Source of the DNA: Escherichia coli 042
Lineage (GTDB): Bacteria > Pseudomonadota > Gammaproteobacteria > Enterobacterales > Enterobacteriaceae
NCBI RefSeq assembly: GCF_000027125.1
Contig: NC_017626.1
Reading direction: 5' to 3' (one strand)
Length of the DNA stretch: 64,000 nt
Below the pieces are notes generated by a model. That model ran no database searches. It saw nothing but the letters and a program-made list of their open reading frames with translations, and had not been told where the DNA came from. This document shows positions 52,140 to 60,070 of this stretch, in pieces (position 1 is the stretch's first letter; every line of letters starts with the position of its first letter). The translations under genes and the position numbers were made by a program.

Positions 52140-52778
52140 ATGAAAAAGTTAACAGTGGCGGCTTTGGCAGTAACAACTCTTCTCTCTGGCAGTGCCTTTG
52201 CGCATGAAGCAGGCGAATTTTTTATGCGTGCAGGTTCTGCAACCGTACGTCCAACAGAAGGTGCTGGTGGTACGTTAGGAAGTCTGGGTGGATTCAGCGT
52301 GACCAATAACACGCAACTGGGCCTGACGTTTACTTATATGGCGACCGATAACATTGGTGTGGAATTGCTGGCAGCGACGCCGTTCCGCCATAAGATCGGC
52401 ACCCGGGCGACCGGCGATATTGCAACCGTTCATCATCTGCCGCCAACACTGATGGCGCAGTGGTATTTTGGTGATGCCAGCAGCAAATTCCGTCCTTACG
52501 TTGGGGCAGGTATTAACTACACCACCTTCTTTGATAATGGATTTAACGATCATGGCAAAGAGGCGGGGCTTTCCGATCTCAGTCTGAAAGATTCCTGGGG
52601 AGCTGCCGGGCAGGTGGGGGTTGATTATCTGATTAACCGTGACTGGTTGGTTAACATGTCAGTGTGGTACATGGATATCGATACCACGGCTAAGTACAAA
52701 TCTGGTGTTACTACCGTAAAAGACTCGGTACGACTGGATCCGTGGGTGTTTATGTTCTCCGCAGGATATCGTTTTTAA
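52140..52778 (+). CDS. ompW: outer membrane protein W
   Basis: 212-aa ORF with signal peptide and C-terminal aromatic beta-barrel signature (FSAGYRF). Confidence 0.95.
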   Translation: MKKLTVAALAVTTLLSGSAFAHEAGEFFMRAGSATVRPTEGAGGTLGSLGGFSVTNNTQLGLTFTYMATDNIGVELLAATPFRHKIGTRATGDIATVHHLPPTLMAQWYFGDASSKFRPYVGAGINYTTFFDNGFNDHGKEAGLSDLSLKDSWGAAGQVGVDYLINRDWLVNMSVWYMDIDTTAKYKSGVTTVKDSVRLDPWVFMFSAGYRF

Positions 52779-52781
52779 TTT

Positions 52782-52816
52782 TCTCTGCAAAACCTCTGCA
52801 AAACCCCTCTGCAAAA
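52782..52816. repeat. three tandem copies of a 12-bp unit (tctgcaaaac-like) between the ompW stop and its terminator
   Basis: tctctgcaaaacc / tctgcaaaacccc / tctgcaaaactgg read directly after the ompW TAA. Confidence 0.7.
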
Positions 52817-52841
52817 CTGGTCATCAAATGACCAGTTTTTT
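52817..52841 (+). terminator. intrinsic terminator of ompW, overlapped by the integrase 3' end
   Basis: ctggtcatcaaatgaccag hairpin + T7; the integrase stop codon (52824-52826) lies inside the hairpin. Confidence 0.75.
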
Positions 52842-53954
52842 CCATTCCTTACCGCGTGCGTCGTTGTAAATATCGGTCATTTTTTGATTCGAATGGCCTA
52901 GCAAAATTTTGGTATCAACCCCCTGCTCTCTGAACAATCGCTCTGATAAAGATCTCTGCTCATGGAAAGAGGGAGGGGTGCCATTAGCACGCCAGTTGTA
53001 ATCCACAGAATCCCGGGCTTTTTTAAATGCAACGGTTAATGTTGCTGGCTTAACCATCCCGCCGCGCTTAGCTGTCCCTTTCGCGTGATGGTGGTGCAAT
53101 AGCCACGGACTAAGAACGCAATCGCGGCAGGATGACACCACATCATCCAGGGTGAGATTTAATTTATCGCAACGCAGAGCCAGAGGGATGGCAATCCGGG
53201 TTCCTGTTTTTTGCTGTTCGACATGAAGATAACCATCCCGGATATCCGAAAATTGCATTTTGCAAATATCTGAAAGGCGCTGGCCTGTCATCAGTGCCAG
53301 CAGCATACCGCGCTGTAAAAAGTAACCATCCTTTTCCGCTGCGTTATAAATCATCATCCACTCATCAAAAGTCAGTCGCTGTCTTGATATCCGCACCTGC
53401 GGTTTTTTTGCCGATTCTGCAGGGTTAAAGCCTGGCGGGACATCGCCCGTTTGCTGAGCTTCCCGGAAAACATCGATCAGTACTTTCCTGAAAATTTGTC
53501 CCATTCTGTTATGTCCTCTGGCCTTGTACTCTTCCAGTACTGATACCACATCTTTTACGGTTATGGCATCTAACGGTCTGGTGCCAAAACGTTCATCAAA
53601 TACCCTGAGAGGGGCCGCTTTCTGTTTCAGCGTGTTGAGTTTGATCTCGCCGTTTTCATATCTTTCCTGTTGAATTTTTCTGTAATTATTCAGAAAAATG
53701 GTAACGGTTGATGAACCGCCGGTATCACTAATAATTTTCTCCTGCAGACTGAGCATTTGTTCCATTTGCTGCCGGGCAAGACGGCTGTTCGCTTCTGCTG
53801 CAATAGTTTCTGCCAGTTTCTGGTCAATACTGCCGAGACCGTGATTTTTGCCTGTTATGGGATGCCTGTAACGCCAGTAAACTTTGTTATTTCTTTTGTC
53901 AAAATACGGAGATAATCCCGGAACATCGGTTTTATATTTTCGCGGGCGCGCCAT
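52824..53954 (-). CDS. int: phage tyrosine integrase
   Basis: 376-aa ORF with C-terminal catalytic signature (LLGHSNQKMTDIY); overlaps the upstream excisionase-like gene by 23 bp. Confidence 0.85.
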   Translation of the reverse strand: MARPRKYKTDVPGLSPYFDKRNNKVYWRYRHPITGKNHGLGSIDQKLAETIAAEANSRLARQQMEQMLSLQEKIISDTGGSSTVTIFLNNYRKIQQERYENGEIKLNTLKQKAAPLRVFDERFGTRPLDAITVKDVVSVLEEYKARGHNRMGQIFRKVLIDVFREAQQTGDVPPGFNPAESAKKPQVRISRQRLTFDEWMMIYNAAEKDGYFLQRGMLLALMTGQRLSDICKMQFSDIRDGYLHVEQQKTGTRIAIPLALRCDKLNLTLDDVVSSCRDCVLSPWLLHHHHAKGTAKRGGMVKPATLTVAFKKARDSVDYNWRANGTPPSFHEQRSLSERLFREQGVDTKILLGHSNQKMTDIYNDARGKEWKKLVI

Positions 53955-54180
53955 CTTCCAGTATCCTCTTCAAAGCAGGGTGATCTGTGGCGATCACCTC
54001 CGGCTTGTTTACCATTCCGACAAAGCGAGCTTGCGGATCCACTCGCCAGCGTCTCCCAACTTTTTTGGGGAGAGGAAATATCATTCCGGCTTTAGCGTAT
54101 TTACTTAACGTACTCGGAGTAGGGACCGGTTCACTGAATTCCTCTTTTGCCCACTCAGTGAGCAGAATAAGTCTTGCCAT
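53932..54180 (-). CDS. xis: excisionase-like DNA-binding protein
   Basis: 82-aa ORF immediately upstream of and overlapping int; family assignment by position and size. Confidence 0.55.
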   Translation of the reverse strand: MARLILLTEWAKEEFSEPVPTPSTLSKYAKAGMIFPLPKKVGRRWRVDPQARFVGMVNKPEVIATDHPALKRILEDGAPAKI

Positions 54181-54244
54181 GAGCGTCGTTCGCTAATCAT
54201 GGTCGCCGCCACTATAGCTGGTGGGCAACGACCGGGGTTGAACA

Positions 54245-56716
54245 TTAAAAATCAGCCTGATTCGGGATCAGTTTTTGCCAGATAACTGAAACGTATTTTG
54301 CCTGGTAACGGGCGTCATCAAGTGCATTATGGCGCTCACCTTCGAATGGAATAGCCGTTCTGGCATCGAAGTCTATGGCTTTCCCCAGCTCAACGATTGT
54401 GCGTACATCGCGATCGTTGTAGTAACGCCACGGGCAGGGGATCCCCTGCCGTTCGTATGAACGGCGCAAAATCGTGTTGTCGAAGTTGGCTCCATTTCCC
54501 CAGACCTGAACAAAAAATTCGCCGGAGTTTTCGTCGATAAATTCCCGCAATTGCAGCAGTGCATCATCTAACGGGATTTCATCGGTCAGAATGGCAGATT
54601 GCGCCTCCCGTGATTGCTTAAGCCACCATTTAATGGTGCCACGATCAATGACTCCGCCAGCAGTATCCATATCGATGGTCTTACTAAATTCCGGCCCCAT
54701 ATCTCCGGTTTGCGGATCGAAAAATATTGCACCTATTGAGATAAGCGGGGCATCGGGATTTTTTCCCATGGTTTCAAGGTCGATCATCATGTGGTGCCAC
54801 ATTCTGCTGGTGGATGTGATAACGTGATGACCGTTCATCGCAATTAAGGGATCTGCCGTCTCGCCAGTTTCACTATCGCTGGCGTGATCCTGAGCGCTAC
54901 CAGCATTCTCCTTGTGTGGATGTTCAGCGCCTTCCATTTCCTTCGGATCATTTTCCTGAACTTCAACCTGATTCTCTTCATCGAATGTTTCCTGGTATGT
55001 TGCGTCACCCATCACCGCGCCACAATCAGGGCAGTTGCCGCCACCGCTTTGACCGCAGGCGGTGCAGACTTTTTCCGGTTCCTGTTGCGCTACTGGCTCA
55101 GGTTGTTTCGTTTCTGGCTCGTTTTGTTGCGTATTTGGGCTGTTTTGTTCCGCTTTCTGGTCGTTCTGTTCCGATTCTTGCTGGTTCTGGTTTACAGAAT
55201 CGTGGGTTTCAATCCCCTTTACCCATTTCGGATCATTCGGGTCGCTAATCCCTGCAACAAATTCTCCGCGAGAGGCAGCAAGCAACTTATCGGCGTCAGG
55301 CTGGCTGATATTGGCTGCCTGCATAATTTTGTTTACTTCGTCAGCGGTAACTTTTACCGGCTCTGGTTGTGCGGTCGTGTCAGATGCACCAGTATTTTGT
55401 TGTGAACCTGAGTACGTGCCGTTTTTACGTGCGAAGTATTCCTCTTTTGTGATTTCCGTAGCTCCCAAGGCTAGTGCTTTTTCCAGACCAGAAAGTTTGT
55501 TTGCGCGACCGTATTTTTCGCCATCCTTGTCGGTGAAGAGGAAGTAGAACGGCCCCTCACGCTCTACAGATGGTTCGACTTCCACTTTGCATTCGGTTTT
55601 TTCGTTGCCCGGAATTGCCGTTTCCACTGCATCAGTTTCTGGTACTGGCGACGAGAGAGTATCAGTTGCGCTCTGATTTCTTCCTTCATCTTCAAACACG
55701 CCCTTTGTAGTCAGGTATTCAGTAATGTATTTGTTCAGTGCCACAGGGTCTTTGTGAATGTCGATCGGACGTTCACGGACAAGGACAAAAATAGTCTGGC
55801 GGTCGTAGCGAAGGGCATCAGGCTGTTTGCGCATTGATGCCGAGATACGCTTCCAGTCTTCGCGGTCGTTGTCGATAACTTCATTTTTTGCCCAGCGATG
55901 GATGCTGCCGTCAATGTTTCCGGCATCCACATCACCAGGCCAGAGAGCGTAGGCCAGTTCGTCATCCAGTGTTTTCCATGTCTGCTTGTATTCGCGATGA
56001 ATGGCAGCAATGACCGGGCTGATTTTTCCTGTTGAATTTTCAGTGTGCTGTTGATTGGTTCTGGCGCGGGCGAGATCAACAACAGACGTGTATTTTCCGG
56101 TTTCCTTGCGTTCACCTTCGCGACGTTTTTTCCAGATGCGCATCTCTGCCTGAATTTCGGGCCATTTGGCACCAGGCTTACATTTATGCTTAACCCACCC
56201 GATGGCATGCAGCTTAAGCTCCGGATACATGGCGTTAACTTCTGGCATTTTCATCAACGCTTCAACGATATGTCCGTCGAATGTTGCCATGTCTTCCTGC
56301 AACAATTCCTGTGCGCTAATAACCATATCAACGGTGATGTTTTCACATGTGTCGAACTTAACCATGACAGCGTTCTGTACTTCAGGGGCCAGCTTGTCAA
56401 AAGTGACGTTCATCGGATCTGATTCAGTCTCAACCGGGACAAAGGAAGCAGATTCCTCATCCCAGCGGTTTTCCTGCATATATTCAGCATCCCAGGAATC
56501 GAGGGCAGGGCGGGGTATACCGGGTTTATCCTCGCAGACAAGAAATTTATAAGCGCAGTCCTGAGCAGCCGGATAATGTTCCAGGAATTGCCAGTGAAAT
56601 TTTGCGCGGGCGCGACGTTCATCACCGGCTTCAATGGCAGTGGCTACAGCGACGGCACCTTCTTCCTTTATTGCCTGTTCGTCCGGAATGGCGGCGCAAA
56701 TAAAGACTTTACTCAT
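54245..56716 (-). CDS. RecE-like N-terminal region fused to a DEDD (DnaQ-like) 3'-5' exonuclease domain
   Basis: 823-aa ORF; central segment KLLAASRGEFVAGISDPNDPKWVKGI recalls Rac RecE; C-terminus has a DEDD-type motif (MIDLETMG...) and an HxxxD motif (HNALDDARY). Confidence 0.7.
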   Translation of the reverse strand: MSKVFICAAIPDEQAIKEEGAVAVATAIEAGDERRARAKFHWQFLEHYPAAQDCAYKFLVCEDKPGIPRPALDSWDAEYMQENRWDEESASFVPVETESDPMNVTFDKLAPEVQNAVMVKFDTCENITVDMVISAQELLQEDMATFDGHIVEALMKMPEVNAMYPELKLHAIGWVKHKCKPGAKWPEIQAEMRIWKKRREGERKETGKYTSVVDLARARTNQQHTENSTGKISPVIAAIHREYKQTWKTLDDELAYALWPGDVDAGNIDGSIHRWAKNEVIDNDREDWKRISASMRKQPDALRYDRQTIFVLVRERPIDIHKDPVALNKYITEYLTTKGVFEDEGRNQSATDTLSSPVPETDAVETAIPGNEKTECKVEVEPSVEREGPFYFLFTDKDGEKYGRANKLSGLEKALALGATEITKEEYFARKNGTYSGSQQNTGASDTTAQPEPVKVTADEVNKIMQAANISQPDADKLLAASRGEFVAGISDPNDPKWVKGIETHDSVNQNQQESEQNDQKAEQNSPNTQQNEPETKQPEPVAQQEPEKVCTACGQSGGGNCPDCGAVMGDATYQETFDEENQVEVQENDPKEMEGAEHPHKENAGSAQDHASDSETGETADPLIAMNGHHVITSTSRMWHHMMIDLETMGKNPDAPLISIGAIFFDPQTGDMGPEFSKTIDMDTAGGVIDRGTIKWWLKQSREAQSAILTDEIPLDDALLQLREFIDENSGEFFVQVWGNGANFDNTILRRSYERQGIPCPWRYYNDRDVRTIVELGKAIDFDARTAIPFEGERHNALDDARYQAKYVSVIWQKLIPNQADF

Positions 56717-56795
56717 TTTGTTTTACCTCATTACAGATTTAAGGGTGAACAAATCCCTGCCATTGCTGGCATATAAAAATGAAACTGGATATTAA

Positions 56796-56999
56796 TTACG
56801 GCGCTGTTTTTAATCCTGCCGGGATTTCGTTATTGTCCATGTGAATAACTTTATCGACCGGATAACAGTTGCCGGGAATTTTCTGTTCCGCTGCGGCAGC
56901 CATGCATTCTTTCATTGAGTTGTACATGCCGGTGATTGCATCAAGCGACTCACCAGTATTGAGATGTACAGTCAGAATGAGTACGAATAATGTGTTCAT
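56796..56999 (-). CDS. small protein with hydrophobic N-terminus, YdfD-like by position downstream of dicB
   Basis: 67-aa ORF (MNTLFVLILTVHL...); its ATG overlaps the dicB-like TGA (ATGA coupling). Confidence 0.5.
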   Translation of the reverse strand: MNTLFVLILTVHLNTGESLDAITGMYNSMKECMAAAAEQKIPGNCYPVDKVIHMDNNEIPAGLKTAP

Positions 57000-57184
57000 C
57001 GCCACTCTCCGAAAATACCGAGTTTAAGAAGGGCAATTCTGGAGAGTATGGAATTGTCATTCAGCAGGTAGGGTTCATATTTTCTCATATTGATTGCATC
57101 CTCGGTGAAATCCCTGTTACTGAGCAGAACACCAATATTAAAGCACCCGTCAGACGTATTAACGTTTGGTAGTGACGTTTCCAT
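56996..57184 (-). CDS. dicB: DicB-like cell-division inhibitor
   Basis: 62-aa ORF METSLPNVNTSDGCFNIGVLLSNRDFTEDAINMRK... closely resembles the N-terminal half of Qin DicB as recalled. Confidence 0.8.
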   Translation of the reverse strand: METSLPNVNTSDGCFNIGVLLSNRDFTEDAINMRKYEPYLLNDNSILSRIALLKLGIFGEWR

Positions 57185-57194
57185 TATCGCGTCC

Positions 57195-57752
57195 TCAACA
57201 ATGAATTTTTAGCAATTGCTCCACAGTCATATTTTTAATTGCGCTCCGGTTTACAAGAGTCCATCCTTGTTTCTCCAGATAAAACCGGAAGGTATCCAGG
57301 GTGCAGACCATTGCGCCGTCAGGAACGGTTTCAGTGAATTTGATATTGCCGTGTTCGTCGAGACGGATAACCAGGGTGCGTCCGTCCCCGTGAATCATTT
57401 TGTCGGGAGACGGGGCGTTATTCTGGCGCAGTTCTGCTTCCATGCGGTCGAACTCAGCAATGTATGCCTCTTTAAATGCAGCGGCTTTTTTGCCAGTGAA
57501 GCCCATCACCAGGAAAACGAAGCCGTTTTTGGTGATTTGGTACATTGGGAGTTTGCGCCCGGTTGAGTCGGTGTATTCGCTTGACACAAAATTGTGCTCA
57601 GTGAATTTTGCTGAACAGTCCAGATTGCGAATTTTATCCAACACTCGTTCGTGGCGTTTGCCAAAGAACTCGGCGATCGCAACAGACGTAGTGACAGCGC
57701 GACCATTTTCGATGGTTACGTCAGGGTGAGAAAGGGTAAGGATAGTAGCCAT
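57195..57752 (-). CDS. rha: Rha-family phage regulatory protein
   Basis: pRha-type N-terminal domain (TTSVAIAEFFGKRHERVLDKIRNL); start placed at ATG 57752 after a GGAGG RBS; the ORF track extends to 58049. Confidence 0.7.
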   Translation of the reverse strand: MATILTLSHPDVTIENGRAVTTSVAIAEFFGKRHERVLDKIRNLDCSAKFTEHNFVSSEYTDSTGRKLPMYQITKNGFVFLVMGFTGKKAAAFKEAYIAEFDRMEAELRQNNAPSPDKMIHGDGRTLVIRLDEHGNIKFTETVPDGAMVCTLDTFRFYLEKQGWTLVNRSAIKNMTVEQLLKIHC

Positions 57753-57923
57753 GATGGCAGCCTCCGCGATGAATTTGATTAACTCACCACCGAGGTTTTC
57801 CACGACCATAAGGGTGGTGAGACGTACAGGGGTGGAAATACCGGTCATCACGGAACCCGGCCAGCCTTGCGGCTGCCCTGCACGCCCCACCATAATGCGA
57901 ATGTGGCTGTGCTTAACGCATAA

Positions 57924-57946
57924 AAAAACCGCCTGAGCGCGGTTAT
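57924..57946 (-). terminator. putative intrinsic terminator upstream of rha
   Basis: minus-strand hairpin aaccgc-gctcag-gcggtt followed by T7. Confidence 0.45.
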
Positions 57947-58237
57947 GCGCCGTGAATGATTTCGGGTTTCCACGCCCGGCACCCGTTTTATGAGGTGCAG
58001 GTGCACTATAATTCCACCCGTTCTGGTTTTCAATAGCTACATTCAACATTTTCTCTACCTTTCATCACCGAAGTGAACTTTGTTGATGCGGTGCCTGGTG
58101 CCTCCAGGTGACGTTAACCAGTTAACAATTAACGTCGGATACAGAGCATTCCCGTTACGCCCGTAAAAGACCGCTTGTTTTAACTGTTCCGCGTGCGCTG
58201 AGCCGCATTCACCGCATCACAAAATTCACTTTAAAAA

Positions 58238-58290
58238 GGGCGGCAGAGCAGTCACGGAGTAGAACTGATACCGCCAAAAGTCACCAGAAA
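58238..58290 (-). ncRNA. dicF: DicF-like small regulatory RNA
   Basis: minus-strand 53-nt UUUCUGGUGACUUUUGGCGGUAUCAGUUCUACUCCGUGACUGCUCUGCCGCCC followed by U5; differs at 2 positions from K-12 DicF as recalled. Confidence 0.8.
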
Positions 58291-58621
58291 ATTGATAACA
58301 GAGGGCGTTGCAGCGGAGTTGTCACTTAAGCGTATGGTCAACCTGACAACCCGGTGTCCTCAGCGGGGAAGGAATAACCCCGCCATACTTACCGCCGCGC
58401 CATTTCGCGGATTGCCACAACCGGAAGCGCACGGTCGAACTAAATTTAACGACACCGTACAGAGAGACCAATTTCGCCGTGCGCTTTCGCGTTATGCCCT
58501 GACTTTTCAGGGACATATCCTTTCAGTAAACTGTCAGTGCCGGATGCTCACCCGTGTCCGGCGCACGCACTCCACCTGACCCGTGGAGAACTCCTTAATT
58601 ACCAACCCTCAGGAGGGTGAA

Positions 58622-58900
58622 ATGGATAAAAAGCAAATTGAGGCCCTGCAATCTATTATTGAAAAACAAGATGAAGCTATCAGGATTCTTTCATATCGCA
58701 CTGATATGATACTAAATATGCTTTCTGCATTAACGGCTGCGCTTGGTGGTACAAAAACAAACGTATACCGCGAAGTTGTTATTCAACAGATAGATAAATT
58801 TGAAAAAACCATACCAGGTATTAATGCTCATCTTGCAGAACAAGAGAAAGACCATGCTCTTATGGCAATTTCTTCAGTAGCTCTCCCGAAAGTTGAGTAG
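58622..58900 (+). CDS. hypothetical 92-aa protein encoded antisense to the dicB-type operon (AT-rich moron)
   Basis: strong RBS AGGAGGGTGAA before the ATG; about 37% GC against about 50% surroundings; predicted helical, no recognised family. Confidence 0.55.
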   Translation: MDKKQIEALQSIIEKQDEAIRILSYRTDMILNMLSALTAALGGTKTNVYREVVIQQIDKFEKTIPGINAHLAEQEKDHALMAISSVALPKVE

Positions 58901-59261
58901 TTTTAATTGTTGTTTTGAAATAATCACTGCTTTCACATTTGAGTGATTTCATGGCAATCCAAATGCGGGCCACTGTGCCTGCATTTGGTTCCAGTTGCTG
59001 TAGACGTTTTGCGTCTTCCAAAAGTAAGGCGATAATGTGTTTCAGCTTCTCATCATTTGCTTGATTCTTGTTTTCAGGCGAATTCTGTCCGCCGAATAGG
59101 CGCTTCTCTTCATACAGACCTATAAAGGCACGACGCACGTTACCGGATATAGTATCGATGGTTTCCTTTTCTACAGTACTCAGGTCAAGAGTCGCCAGTT
59201 GAGAGCGAACCACATTCGCTGCCATTTCCTGGAATGGCATTGGTAAATCTTTAAATTCCAT
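58860..59261 (-). CDS. hypothetical 133-aa protein in the dicB-type operon
   Basis: GAGG RBS 7 nt before the ATG, 22 nt downstream of the ydfC-like stop; 3' end overlaps the convergent plus-strand gene by 41 bp; no recognised family. Confidence 0.6.
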   Translation of the reverse strand: MEFKDLPMPFQEMAANVVRSQLATLDLSTVEKETIDTISGNVRRAFIGLYEEKRLFGGQNSPENKNQANDEKLKHIIALLLEDAKRLQQLEPNAGTVARIWIAMKSLKCESSDYFKTTIKTTQLSGELLKKLP

Positions 59262-59283
59262 TATTAGCCTCGTTGGTTAGCTA

Positions 59284-59502
59284 TTAACGTGGGTATGTAA
59301 CCATTCTGGCAATGCTTAATGCCGCTGCTTTTTCCAGCCTGGTGATATCCTGCTCCAGAGCGGACAGATTTTCAGCCTGCTTAGTCCTGGCTTCATTGGC
59401 CCATTTCAGATCCTGCACTGCATTAATTTTCTGGCGCATCCACTCATAAAGTTCATCATCGGTATAGTCTGGCGCGATGATGACGGGTTCTCGTTTCTGC
59501 AT
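59284..59502 (-). CDS. YdfC-like small protein (72 aa)
   Basis: size and position match ydfC of the Qin dicB operon. Confidence 0.55.
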   Translation of the reverse strand: MQKREPVIIAPDYTDDELYEWMRQKINAVQDLKWANEARTKQAENLSALEQDITRLEKAAALSIARMVTYPR

Positions 59503-59531
59503 ACTGATTCCTCGCGGTGCTGTTTCGCTTA

Positions 59532-59660
59532 TCAGCCGTTAGATTTTCCCGAACTGGAAAGCGCCTGTTTAAATTCACTGAAGCTGAGAGCTTCTTCGCC
59601 TTCGGCAAGACCATCGAAGTATTCTTCGTAAGCCTTTTCCATGATTGTGTCGAAATCCAT
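59532..59660 (-). CDS. YdfB-like small acidic protein (42 aa)
   Basis: hand-translated MDFDTIMEKAYEEYFDGLAEGEEALSFSEFKQALSSSGKSNG; start 1 nt after the upstream stop (TGATATG); size/position match Qin ydfB. Confidence 0.55.
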   Translation of the reverse strand: MDFDTIMEKAYEEYFDGLAEGEEALSFSEFKQALSSSGKSNG

Positions 59661-59661
59661 A

Positions 59662-59817
59662 TCACTCACCTGAGTTTCTTTCCAGCCAGCGACGGGCACC
59701 ATTTTCGGTTTTAAACGTTTTGCTTTTGGTATACGTCATCGCGGTGAATGTGCCGTCCTGGTTGGGAAACACGCCGTACACCAGAGATTCGTTGTTGCCA
59801 AGCTCGATAGTATCCAT
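59662..59817 (-). CDS. YdfA-like small protein (51 aa)
   Basis: hand-translated MDTIELGNNESLVYGVFPNQDGTFTAMTYTKSKTFKTENGARRWLERNSGE; first gene of the leftward operon; size/position match Qin ydfA. Confidence 0.55.
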   Translation of the reverse strand: MDTIELGNNESLVYGVFPNQDGTFTAMTYTKSKTFKTENGARRWLERNSGE

Positions 59818-60014
59818 GCTGACCTCATTTCCCCTTAACGCCGGGTGGCGGAACTAAAACCTACAGCGCCGTGCTGTTCTTGATAGAAATATTAGTAACG
59901 CGGATATTTTAAGTCAACAGTATGGCGTATGATATTTTTGATTTGGTAACTATGTAAATGTTTTTTCAAGGGAAAAATATTAGTTATACAGCTGATTTGC
60001 AGAAGTTATGGCAC

Positions 60015-60044
60015 AAAAAAACCGACTAAGACGTCGGTTTTTTT
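60015..60044. terminator. bidirectional intrinsic terminator downstream of the repressor gene
   Basis: aaaaaaaccgactaagacgtcggttttttt. Confidence 0.75.
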
Positions 60045-60070
60045 GTTGTGGATGGGGTAGTGAGCGGTGG

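Noticed and set aside
53884..54196. Plus-strand ORFs (74 and 69 aa) antisense to xis/int
   Set aside because: Antisense to confidently placed integrase and excisionase-like genes; no RBS
55735..56208. 157-aa minus-strand ORF inside the exonuclease gene
   Set aside because: Alternative frame fully nested in the 823-aa exonuclease ORF on the same strand
57753..58049. N-terminal extension of the rha ORF (284-aa version)
   Set aside because: The extension reads through a terminator-like hairpin and T-run, has a weak RBS, and the conserved Rha domain begins right after the GGAGG-preceded ATG at 57752; kept only as an alternative start
58292..58579. 95-aa plus-strand and 64-aa minus-strand ORFs upstream of DicF
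   Set aside because: No credible RBS, Arg-rich low-complexity translations, located in a GC-rich hairpin-rich segment more consistent with structured RNA
59456..59665. 69-aa minus-strand ORF from the track
   Set aside because: A different frame over the same DNA gives a 42-aa acidic protein with a coupled start (TGATATG), matching the ydfB size and position; the 69-aa frame is basic and low-complexity
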